Assembly: GCA_034667185.1 (NCBI GenBank)
Contig: JAXDKH010000149.1
Coordinates: forward strand, 1-48,606
Source of the DNA: Chloroflexia bacterium
GTDB taxonomy: Bacteria; Chloroflexota; Chloroflexia; QHBQ01; JADMIH01
Length of the DNA: 48,606 bases
Reading direction: 5' to 3'
Below are positions 36,222 to 43,745 of this stretch, piece by piece. The stretch's first letter is position 1. Every line of letters begins with the position of its first letter. The notes beneath the pieces were generated by a model, which was not told the DNA's origin, made no database searches, and saw only the letters and a list, made by a program, of their open reading frames with translations. The position numbers were made by a program, and so were the translations under genes.

Positions 36222-36250
36222 ATGATAGCACCCAAAGTAAGTATTGTCAT
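36222..36250 (-). promoter_or_regulatory. Candidate promoter for the isomerase-kinase operon (-35 ATGACA from repeat tip, 17 nt, TGc-TATCAT)
   Basis: The minus strand reads ATGACA-atacttactttgggTGc-TATCAT. The -35 hexamer is the terminal TGTCAT of repeat copy 3. Motif evidence only. Confidence 0.35.
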
Positions 36251-36402
36251 TCCGAACACAGTGAGGGATCAGGTGGGTAGGGATGAAGGGGTATTGGAGC
36301 ACTCAAGTAGAGTTGTCATCGCTGTCACTCGGTTGCAACAGAGTACGAGTGCCACCTGATTCCTCACTGCGTTCGGAATGACAAAACTACCCTTGGTCCT
36401 GC
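36227..36402. repeat. MITE-like inverted-repeat element, copy 3 (GTCATTCCGAACRCAGTGAGGRATC type)
   Basis: Core arms 36244-36276 and 36352-36384 match at 31 of 33 positions, with an unrelated 75-nt centre. The left end AGCACCCAAAG resembles copies 1 and 2. Confidence 0.85.
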
Positions 36403-36441
36403 GGGCGGGGGGCACAGGCACCAGACATCACTACTAAAACA

Positions 36442-36909
36442 TCAGAGCTTCCAATCCTTGCGTATGGTGTCTCTGATCGACTGGTAGCTGCGGCCTTCCG
36501 CGAGGGCCTGCTCGATGGCGGGGACGAACACGTTGTAGTAGAAATCGCTGCCCATGCGGCGCACAATCTCCTTCTCGAACAGCTCGTCCGTCTGCGGCTT
36601 GCCCTCCAACGAATGCCACTTGGGTTTGTCCGGCTCGGCGTCTCCGTCACCCTCACCGGCTTCTCCCTCGCGCAGCTTCTGAAGCTCGGAAGGCGGCTTC
36701 GACAGCGCGGAACGTCCGAAGCTGCGCGAAGCCACCACCTTGGCTACCCACAGGCCATAGCCCATCGCCTCATCAGGGGGTACGCCGTCCTCTATAGCCT
36801 TCTGCCGGTTGTACTCGGCAAATACGTCGAAGCGGCGGATGGGCAGGCGGGGGTGAAGTTGCTCGGACTGCCCATCATTCCCATGTGTTTTGTTGTCATC
36901 TGAAGTCAT
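36442..36909 (-). CDS. Hypothetical protein (155 aa), co-oriented directly downstream of the small Gly-rich gene
   Basis: ORF with ordinary composition and an acidic central linker (EGEAGEGDGDAEPD). The gap to the upstream gene is 12 nt. No family recognised. Confidence 0.55.
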   Translation of the reverse strand: MTSDDNKTHGNDGQSEQLHPRLPIRRFDVFAEYNRQKAIEDGVPPDEAMGYGLWVAKVVASRSFGRSALSKPPSELQKLREGEAGEGDGDAEPDKPKWHSLEGKPQTDELFEKEIVRRMGSDFYYNVFVPAIEQALAEGRSYQSIRDTIRKDWKL

Positions 36910-36921
36910 CTCAGCAGCCCG

Positions 36922-37140
36922 CTATCCACCGTGGCCCTGCTTGAAGTCGCCCTGGCCACCGCCTCCGCCACTGCCGCCACCCTGGCCCCCAGCACCACCG
37001 GCACCCGCATGGCCTGGATTGCCTTCGATCTGCGGGCCGCCCACGTCGCCCGAACCGTCGCTTTTGTGAGGGTCGCCGCTGAAGGTCTGGTGGGTCTTCT
37101 CGTTGTCGGCCTGCTGCTCGTTCTCTTGGTCCTGGGACAT
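36922..37140 (-). CDS. Small hydrophilic Gly-rich protein (72 aa)
   Basis: ATG 37140 (MSQDQENEQQ...) has an AAGGAG SD about 7 nt upstream. The C-terminus GGAGGQGGGSGGGGGQGDFKQGHGG resembles the 41713-41961 product. Confidence 0.6.
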   Translation of the reverse strand: MSQDQENEQQADNEKTHQTFSGDPHKSDGSGDVGGPQIEGNPGHAGAGGAGGQGGGSGGGGGQGDFKQGHGG

Positions 37141-37331
37141 CAGCAATTCTCCTTCCAGCTTGCCGCGACTTGCTGCCACGGCGCGACCATAACGCTGCAA
37201 GTGATGTGCCAGCACACGGCCCGGCATAAGCTATAATGTAGCCCGTATGGACGAGAGAACACCACGGCACCAGGACCACACAAACTGCAAGCGTGGAAAC
37301 TTCCACTCCTGGGTACTGGGGCCACTCAGCC

Positions 37332-38801
37332 ATGCGTAAACTCAGGCCGGCATTCAAACGAGACTGGGTTGCCGCCTTCCTGCTACTGTGCGCGCTGGCA
37401 GCATACGCGTCGAACCTCGACGCCTTCTTCCTCTCCGACGACTTCGTGCTCCTCTCCTGGACCCGCGTGGACTCGCTCACCCAGGTATTCGGCTTCTTCG
37501 ACCCAAACACCGAGTGGTTCTACCGCCCGCTGGTCAAGCTGGTCTACTGGGCCGGGCAGAGCCTCTTCGGGTTCCGCGCCGCCCCCTTCCATCTGTTGTC
37601 CCTATTGCTGCATCTGGCGAACGCGTACCTGCTCTACAGGCTGGTGTCGCGCTCCCGGTTCGGGTGGACGGCTGGGCTGGCAGCGGGATTGATATTCATG
37701 TTGGACCCTCACAATGCCGAGACAGTTTCGTGGGCCTCCGCTGTTGGCGACCTCATAGGCACCTTCTGCATACTCGCCAATCTGCTGCTGCTTCGCCGCT
37801 ACCTCGATAGTGGAAGGCTTCTGTATGCTGCCCCTGCTTTGGCCTTGTTCGTTATAGGGTTGCTGGCACGCGAGACGGTACTGCTCCTTCCCGGCTTCGC
37901 GCTGCTATACCTACTGGGCGTGATGCTCCCGGCCTCTGTGCAGCGCCGGTGGCGTGGCCTCATGTTGTGGCTTATGGGATATGTAGTAGTGGCAGTGGGA
38001 TACCTGGCCGTGTTGCGGCTGGGGAGCGCCAACGGAAGCAGTGGGCTGGCGCGGGGAGGGCTGGAGTTTCGCCCACTCAATGTCGACTCGGTGCTGCTCG
38101 GCCTGCTGGACTACGCGCACAGGCTGGTGCCGGGCGGCGAATTTATAGCGAATGCCTCACTTGATGTTCTACGAGGGCTCGTGTGGGTAGAATGGGCCGT
38201 GCTGCTCGCCCTGGCCTTTTTCCTGTGGCGGCTGCGGCTCAGGCTGATGCTGTTCGGGCTCGTGTGGCTGCTGTTCGCGCCGCTTGCCTTCATCTTCTTC
38301 AGCCCGCCAACTGACAGGTACTTCTATTTGCCCACTGTCGGGTTTGCAGTCCTGTTCGGCTGCCTGTTGGGGGGCCTTCCTGTGCTGGTAGCCCACTGGG
38401 GACGCGCTTTGAGAAGGGGTGCGACAGCAGTAGCGTGTTTGGCGCTGGCGGCTATGCTGCTCACGAGGGGGGCCGATCTGACCTCGCGTGTTGCCACCTG
38501 GAGATCTGCGGGCCACGCATCGGGCGGCATTGTCCACGACATGCGGCAGGCGGTACCCGAACCTCAAGACTACGCTGCCTTCTACTTCGTGGACCTGCCA
38601 GTATTTCTGGACGACGTGCCCGTGTTCCAGAACGGCCTGCAACAGGCGGTGCAAGTGACGTACGACAATCCCACAATCGCCGCCAACGCCCTCGGCTGCG
38701 ACCAACTGGCAGCCTTACCTGAGTTCCCTCGCTACAGCTACTTCTTCCGCTACAAGCCCAACGGCCTGATACAGTTCACCCCAGTGCAGGAGTGTCACTA
38801 A
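37332..38801 (+). CDS. Polytopic membrane protein, GT-C-like (PMT/TMTC/ArnT-type) candidate
   Basis: I prefer ATG 37332 (MRKLRPAFKRDW) over GTG 37293. The first-loop acidic motif FFLSDDFVLLSW is followed by at least 10 hydrophobic helices and a C-terminal soluble domain of about 90 aa. Confidence 0.55.
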   Translation: MRKLRPAFKRDWVAAFLLLCALAAYASNLDAFFLSDDFVLLSWTRVDSLTQVFGFFDPNTEWFYRPLVKLVYWAGQSLFGFRAAPFHLLSLLLHLANAYLLYRLVSRSRFGWTAGLAAGLIFMLDPHNAETVSWASAVGDLIGTFCILANLLLLRRYLDSGRLLYAAPALALFVIGLLARETVLLLPGFALLYLLGVMLPASVQRRWRGLMLWLMGYVVVAVGYLAVLRLGSANGSSGLARGGLEFRPLNVDSVLLGLLDYAHRLVPGGEFIANASLDVLRGLVWVEWAVLLALAFFLWRLRLRLMLFGLVWLLFAPLAFIFFSPPTDRYFYLPTVGFAVLFGCLLGGLPVLVAHWGRALRRGATAVACLALAAMLLTRGADLTSRVATWRSAGHASGGIVHDMRQAVPEPQDYAAFYFVDLPVFLDDVPVFQNGLQQAVQVTYDNPTIAANALGCDQLAALPEFPRYSYFFRYKPNGLIQFTPVQECH

Positions 38802-38835
38802 GTATTACTAAACGCAGGGACGCCAAGACGCCGGA

Positions 38836-39687
38836 CTACCTGGGAGGCAGTTCAACCAACGACTCGGCTATCTTGATCGCCTCTTCTTTGGACAGGTCCG
38901 TCTCCAGCCGGAAAGTGATGGCGCCGTCCTTCCAGAGCAGCACGTTTCCTTCCACAAGCATGTGCTGCTGGAACTCGGTGCTGCTGTCGGGCTTCCTGAA
39001 GAGCAGGTAGTGAGGACCGCGCACCCAGGCCGCCTTTTGGCCGTTCACAGTAGTCTCCTCCACCACCTCAGGGTTGGACACTATCTTTTGCGCCAGTCCG
39101 ACACCTTCCAGGAACTCGATGAGACTGAGCCGTACCTTCCCAGGCTGCGAGTGATCGAGCCAGGCAAACACCACCATCGAATGAGAGTCTTGCAGGTATA
39201 TGAGGTCGGGCGGACCCAGGTCGGCTGGATACCTGGGGGTCTTCATAGGGAAGGTAGCCCGCAAAACTGCGTCTGGCAGGGTAGTCCTGCCTACAAGGCT
39301 CTCCATGACCGTCGGCAACTGCGTGGGCAGGGGAGTGCCGGGCCTCGTTGCCGCGGTAGGCGTCGGAGTCGCCACGATGATCTCGACGTTCCCGATACGC
39401 AAGATGTAGCGGACGAAGGCCTGTACGTCTGGAGTGAGCAGCGCGGCGACCAGAGATACTACCACCAGCGCGGCAATAACCCACGCCAGCCTTGGCCGCC
39501 CAAGAGTTGCACCCCTGGCTACACTACGCTCGCGACCCAGCCTCTCTCGGACCGAGGCCGCAATATCGGGTGTCGGTGGGTAGCTGAAGCTGCGGGCGTA
39601 TTCCTTTAGAGGGCGGTCAAGGTACATATCGTCGCCTGATGGGTCTTGTGGATTGTCAAGGCCGGGGGAGTTGGTAGTGTCGCTCAT
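38836..39687 (-). CDS. Anti-sigma factor-like membrane protein with DUF4367-like extracytoplasmic domain
   Basis: 4-nt overlap with the upstream ECF sigma gene. A cytoplasmic N-terminus is followed by a single TM (LAWVIAALVVVSLVAALL). The C-terminal domain ends in FRLETDLSKEEAIKIAESL. Confidence 0.65.
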   Translation of the reverse strand: MSDTTNSPGLDNPQDPSGDDMYLDRPLKEYARSFSYPPTPDIAASVRERLGRERSVARGATLGRPRLAWVIAALVVVSLVAALLTPDVQAFVRYILRIGNVEIIVATPTPTAATRPGTPLPTQLPTVMESLVGRTTLPDAVLRATFPMKTPRYPADLGPPDLIYLQDSHSMVVFAWLDHSQPGKVRLSLIEFLEGVGLAQKIVSNPEVVEETTVNGQKAAWVRGPHYLLFRKPDSSTEFQQHMLVEGNVLLWKDGAITFRLETDLSKEEAIKIAESLVELPPR

Positions 39688-40247
39688 AGCCGGCGCTCCT
39701 CTCGGAGGGAAGGGTACTGCTCGTCAACCACGAGGCGCAGGCGGCCCAGGGCGCGGTGCAGACGCGATTTTACGGTGCCGGGCGCGACGTTCATAGCGAC
39801 CGCCATTTCAGCTTCTGAGAGATCGAGGAAGTAACGCAGGTAGACTACCTCCTGTTCGGCGGGCCTGAGGTGCTTGATCGCGCTCCACAACGTCTCCGCC
39901 TCCCACCGCCTGCCCAGAGTGTCGGCCGGGGTGGCTGAGGTAACCTCCGGGGCCGAATAGAGGCGCTTTAGAGCTTCCAGGTAGCGGCCCAGCGAACGTC
40001 GGCGGTTGTGCGCGAGGTTGGAGGCGATGCGCAACAGCCAGGGCCGCAGGGGCCGCTCTGGGTCGAAGGTGTTCAGGGCACGGAACGCACGCACGAACGC
40101 CTCCTGGGCTACATCTTCCGCGTCGGAGGCATCGCGAAGCAACAGGTAGGCGAGCCGAAAGACCGCCTCCTGGTGAGCGCGCACCAGGTTGTACCACGCC
40201 TCGCCGTCACCCTGGCGAGCGCGACCCACCAACTCTGCTTCGTCCAA
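39684..40247 (-). CDS. ECF-type RNA polymerase sigma-70 family factor
   Basis: Region 2 (DAEDVAQEAFVRAF, RPWLLRIASNLAHN) and region 4 (VVYLRYFLDLSEAEMAVAMNVAPGTVKSRLHRA). TTG start. Confidence 0.9.
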   Translation of the reverse strand: MDEAELVGRARQGDGEAWYNLVRAHQEAVFRLAYLLLRDASDAEDVAQEAFVRAFRALNTFDPERPLRPWLLRIASNLAHNRRRSLGRYLEALKRLYSAPEVTSATPADTLGRRWEAETLWSAIKHLRPAEQEVVYLRYFLDLSEAEMAVAMNVAPGTVKSRLHRALGRLRLVVDEQYPSLREERRL

Positions 40248-40323
40248 AAACAGCTTCTCCGGAGAAGTTCGAACGCTAAGTATACACCGCTACTTTAGGT
40301 CCGGTTCCATGTAAAATAGGCGT

Positions 40324-41334
40324 ATGCAATTTGACGCATTCATAGATCCGCCGGAGTTAAGCAGAGCGGGAGAGATCGCGGCGCAGGCCGAGCAGTTAGG
40401 CTTCGATGCCGTCTGGACGCTGGAAACGAAGCACGACCCGTTTCTGCCACTTGCGCTCGCCGCCTCCGCCACCTCCCGCCTCAAACTGGGCACATCTATC
40501 GCACTGGCTTTCCCTCGCAGCCCGACGAGCATGGCATACACGGCATGGGACATGGCTGCACTGAGTCGTGGCAGGTTCATCCTTGGCCTGGGCACGCAGG
40601 TGAAAGCCCACATAGAGCGAAGGTTCGCGGCGCAGTGGGGCCCACCCGCCGAGAAGCTGGCCGACTACATCGGGGCCATGCGCGCGGTATGGCAAAGCTG
40701 GCGAACGGGCGAGCGACTGCGCTACGAAGGCCCGTTCTACACGCTCAAGCTGATGACCCCGTTCTTCAGCCCCGACCCACTGCCCTACCCCGATCCTCCC
40801 ATATTCATCGCGGGGGTCAATCGGGGGCTATGCAGGCTGGCCGGACAGGTCTGCCAGGGCTTCCACGCGCACCCTCTGCACACCCCACGCTACCTGCGCG
40901 AAGCAGTGCTCCCCTGGATAGAGGAGGGCCTCGTAGAGGCGGGCCGCACCAGAGGCGATATCCAGGTAAGCGCCCCGGTGTTCGCCATCCTGGGCAGAGG
41001 CGCTGAGAGAGACGCGGCCCGCCGGGAAGTGAGGCGACAAATATCCTTCTACGCCGCCACGCCCAGCTACCGCACCTTGCTGGAAGGCCACGGCTGGAAC
41101 GGCATAGGCGAGCAACTGACTCGGTTAGCCGCGCGGGGCCGTTGGGACGACATGGGAGCGCTCGTCACCGACGAGATGCTGGCCGAGATAGCTGTAGAAG
41201 GCGAAACCCTGGCAGATGCCGCCCGTGCCATCCAGCAAACACGCTCCGGCCTCCTGGACCGCACCTCCCTGTACCTCCCCTTCGCCCCTGGGGACCGAGA
41301 CGAAGAATGGCAGGCGGCCATCAATACGTTTTGA
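40324..41334 (+). CDS. LLM-class (luciferase-like) F420-dependent oxidoreductase
   Basis: 336 aa with AEQLGFDAVWTLE, LGTSIALAF, RFILGLGTQVKAH and TPSYR. There is no SD. TAAAAT at 40312-40317 lies 6 nt before the ATG, so the transcript may be leaderless. Confidence 0.85.
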   Translation: MQFDAFIDPPELSRAGEIAAQAEQLGFDAVWTLETKHDPFLPLALAASATSRLKLGTSIALAFPRSPTSMAYTAWDMAALSRGRFILGLGTQVKAHIERRFAAQWGPPAEKLADYIGAMRAVWQSWRTGERLRYEGPFYTLKLMTPFFSPDPLPYPDPPIFIAGVNRGLCRLAGQVCQGFHAHPLHTPRYLREAVLPWIEEGLVEAGRTRGDIQVSAPVFAILGRGAERDAARREVRRQISFYAATPSYRTLLEGHGWNGIGEQLTRLAARGRWDDMGALVTDEMLAEIAVEGETLADAARAIQQTRSGLLDRTSLYLPFAPGDRDEEWQAAINTF

Positions 41335-41359
41335 GACGCCAATACACCGAAAGAATGTT

Positions 41360-41663
41360 GGTTGAAGATGAGCGTAGGGGCATGATGCATCGTGCCCTGT
41401 TGCTTTTGACGAGTTGTAGGATACACAGGAGTGTGGTTCACTCTTGTCATTTCGAATGCAGTGAGAAATCTCGTCCCTTACCACCCAAAATACCACCTTT
41501 CCTTCAGCCACTCACTACAACAAGAAAGGTGTAGCCGTTTCGTAGAGGACGAGATTTCTCACTGCATTCGAAATGACATAGTGGGACCTGCTTCTTCAGA
41601 TTGTAGAGTAGGCACTACCCAGCACGGGCACGATGCATCGTGCCCCTACGCTCATCTTCAACC
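41360..41663. repeat. Nested inverted-repeat composite: 38-bp outer IR enclosing MITE-like copy 4
   Basis: Outer arms 41360-41397 and 41626-41663 match at 37 of 38 positions. Each contains the palindrome GGGCA(C/T)GATGCATCGTGCCC. Inner arms 41446-41476 and 41547-41577 are a perfect 31-bp IR (GTCATTTCGAATGCAGTGAGAAATCTCGTCC). Confidence 0.9.
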
Positions 41664-41712
41664 CAAGTGCACTTGGCGTGGTGCTTGGCGGCTGGGCGTT
41701 CTAATCCAAGCT

Positions 41713-41961
41713 CTAGCTGTTTTCCTTGGTGCCTCCGCCGTGGCTGCCACCGCCACCGCCGCTACTGCCGCCTCCGCTGGTGCTGCTGGAGGAGTCGTTC
41801 TTCGTGTCGGTGATGTTGCTCTCGTGGCTGCCGCTGGCCCGGTGCTCTCGCCTGCCGCCACCCGCCTCGTGGTCCTTGCCTCCAGCGTGCTCCTTGTTGC
41901 CCTTCTCCGAATGCCCCTGTCCCATGTCGTGGTCATTGTCGCCATCATGCTGGTGTCCCAT
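41713..41961 (-). CDS. Small hydrophilic His/Asp/Gly/Ser-rich protein (82 aa)
   Basis: AGGAGG SD 8 nt upstream of ATG 41961. The sequence runs MGHQHDGDNDHDMGQGHSEKGNKEH...SGGGSSGGGGGSHGGGTKENS. Confidence 0.6.
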   Translation of the reverse strand: MGHQHDGDNDHDMGQGHSEKGNKEHAGGKDHEAGGGRREHRASGSHESNITDTKNDSSSSTSGGGSSGGGGGSHGGGTKENS

Positions 41962-42016
41962 CTCATCAGCCTCCTTTGTGTTTCTTTACCTGTGAGGGAG
42001 CAACCCATGTGCCAGA

Positions 42017-42157
42017 GGACGGACGATGGACGATGATAGGAGTGGTTAGTGGTTGGTGGTTGGTGGTTAGTAAGAACCACACGTTAATCTTCTTTGCGCG
42101 TTCTTTGCGCCTTTGCGTTTCCGTCTCTTCTTCTATCGTCCGTCGTCCATCGTCCAT
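42017..42157. repeat. Composite heptamer element, copy F (GGACGAT + GGTTAGT/GGTTGGT + CTTTGCG modules)
   Basis: A perfect 13-bp outer stem pairs 42021-42033 with 42143-42155. The interior holds GGTTAGT/GGTTGGT x4 and (T)CTTTGCG x3. It lies in a divergent intergenic region. Confidence 0.8.
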
Positions 42158-42187
42158 TTGGCGGTCTAGCTACCACGGTGCTATAAT
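42158..42187 (+). promoter_or_regulatory. Candidate promoter for the TolB-like gene
   Basis: -35 TTGGCG (42158-42163), an 18-nt spacer, then extended -10 TGcTATAAT (42179-42187). It starts immediately after repeat F. Motif evidence only. Confidence 0.45.
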
Positions 42188-42280
42188 TATGAGACGACCC
42201 CTGCCCCGCCCCATTCCGATAGTCCCACCTCCGGGAGGTTGCTCTTTTTGGTTCGCCCAGCCCAGACGTCCGGCAGTCCC

Positions 42281-43738
42281 ATGCGCGTGCTCTTGCCCAT
42301 TGGTGCGGCGCTCATCGTGATCGCAGCCGGTATCTTTACCTTCATGCTCGTTTCCCAGCCAGCGGGCGGTAACGGCAGCACGTCCAATACCGGTCAGGTT
42401 ACGTTAGAGTACGCAACCGAGCAGGGCCAGGGCGCGAAGCAGGGTACCGTCAATTCCCCCTTGCGCATTACCCTGCGCGTGCCCTACAACGGCATCGAAG
42501 ACAGCATGATAGGCTCCGCTACTGTTGAGCTATTCGATGAGGCCGGAAAACCTGCCGAGTACGGAGGGGCCCCCGCGGGGCCTTTCGTGCTGCAAGCCAC
42601 CTACGAGCTAGGCGTGTGGGCCTACAACACCTCCGTGCCGAGCAAGCCGGGCAAGTATTCGGGCCATGTAGAGATTGCCTTCAGGGCGAACGGAGGGGCA
42701 GCGCCCACAGCACAAGCTTACGACTTTGGTAGCGTCGTGCTCGAGGCGTTACCGGAGAGCGGCCCACCGTTATCCAGCGGCTACGTCTTCACCAAGGACT
42801 CGAACCTCTGGATACTGTCCACAGATACGAAGAAGCAGCGCAGGCTCACGTTCTTTCCCATTGAGAGCGAGTACGCCGACAACGCTACCTGGTCGCCCGA
42901 CGGCAAACTGATTGCTTTCGCGCATACTCCCAAGTCGGACCCGACCGAGCTACCCACCAGCGACATCTGGGTCATCAACAGCGACGGTACGGGCGCGCAG
43001 ATGGTAGTGCAACACCAGGAGGGCGAGACTCTATACGACCCCACATTCTCTGCGGACGGCAAGTACCTGTACTTCACCGCGGAGAAGCAGGACATGGCCT
43101 CCACCAACTACGACGCGAACGGCATGCCGATTGGGCTGCGGGGTATCGACAGGTACGACCTGGCTTCGGGCGAGCGTACCCACTGGAAAGACAACTCGCA
43201 CAACCCGGTTGAGGGCGGCTCGGACGGCGCGATCATCTATCTTGGCACACCCACCGAAGGCACAGACGCAACGGGGGCAGCGGCCAGCGTCAAAATGGTG
43301 AGAGAGAAGCCGGGCGGCACCCTCTCGCAGGTGCTGGTGGACAACCCCACTTTCTCGGCGTTCTACGGGCCCGCCGCCTCCCCGGACGGGAGCAAGGTGG
43401 CTTTCGCGGCCATCGAAATTCCGCCTGTAAGCCCCGGCTCAGGCAACGGGTTCGACGTGATAAAGTGGCTAACGTTCCAGCCTGAGGTGGCCTACGCCCA
43501 CGGCCTGCCCTGGGACCTGTACCTGGTCCCGTCCAACGGTGGAGGCACACCCATCCGGCTCACCAACATGAGCGAGGACCAGCCCCATCCCGCCTGGGTA
43601 GATGACTCGACGCTCGCGTTCATGGGCGTAAGCGGCCTCTACAAGCTGCAACTTGGCCCCGACGGCAATCCACTCGGCAAGCCCGAGAAGATCCACGAGG
43701 GCGCGCCCCACGGCGGGTTGACCTGGCACGGGCCGTAG
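42281..43738 (+). CDS. TolB-like periplasmic/extracytoplasmic beta-propeller (PD40/WD40-like repeats) protein with N-terminal membrane anchor
   Basis: I prefer ATG 42281 (MRVLLPIGAALIVIAAGIFTF); TTG 42239 is the alternative. Repeated PD40-like units are present (WSPDGKLIAF, FSADGKYLYF, ASPDGSKVAFA). Confidence 0.75.
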   Translation: MRVLLPIGAALIVIAAGIFTFMLVSQPAGGNGSTSNTGQVTLEYATEQGQGAKQGTVNSPLRITLRVPYNGIEDSMIGSATVELFDEAGKPAEYGGAPAGPFVLQATYELGVWAYNTSVPSKPGKYSGHVEIAFRANGGAAPTAQAYDFGSVVLEALPESGPPLSSGYVFTKDSNLWILSTDTKKQRRLTFFPIESEYADNATWSPDGKLIAFAHTPKSDPTELPTSDIWVINSDGTGAQMVVQHQEGETLYDPTFSADGKYLYFTAEKQDMASTNYDANGMPIGLRGIDRYDLASGERTHWKDNSHNPVEGGSDGAIIYLGTPTEGTDATGAAASVKMVREKPGGTLSQVLVDNPTFSAFYGPAASPDGSKVAFAAIEIPPVSPGSGNGFDVIKWLTFQPEVAYAHGLPWDLYLVPSNGGGTPIRLTNMSEDQPHPAWVDDSTLAFMGVSGLYKLQLGPDGNPLGKPEKIHEGAPHGGLTWHGP

Positions 43739-43745
43739 CAGAAGC

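Noticed and set aside
36911-37510. 199-aa ORF (-) overlapping the small Gly-rich gene and the start of the 37332 gene.
   Set aside because: The translation is Arg/Trp/Pro-rich (…RQWRRRWPGRLQ…), which is typical of an out-of-frame reading of a GGN-repeat region. The 72-aa frame has a proper SD and a paralogue at 41713-41961.
40248-40323. An ECF-type autoregulatory promoter upstream of the sigma gene (GGAAC at about 40303-40307 on the minus strand).
   Set aside because: A GGAAC is present, but no CGT(C/T)-type -10 follows at 16-17 nt. A sigma-70-like TATACT (40279-40284) lacks a -35. The evidence is too weak to call either.
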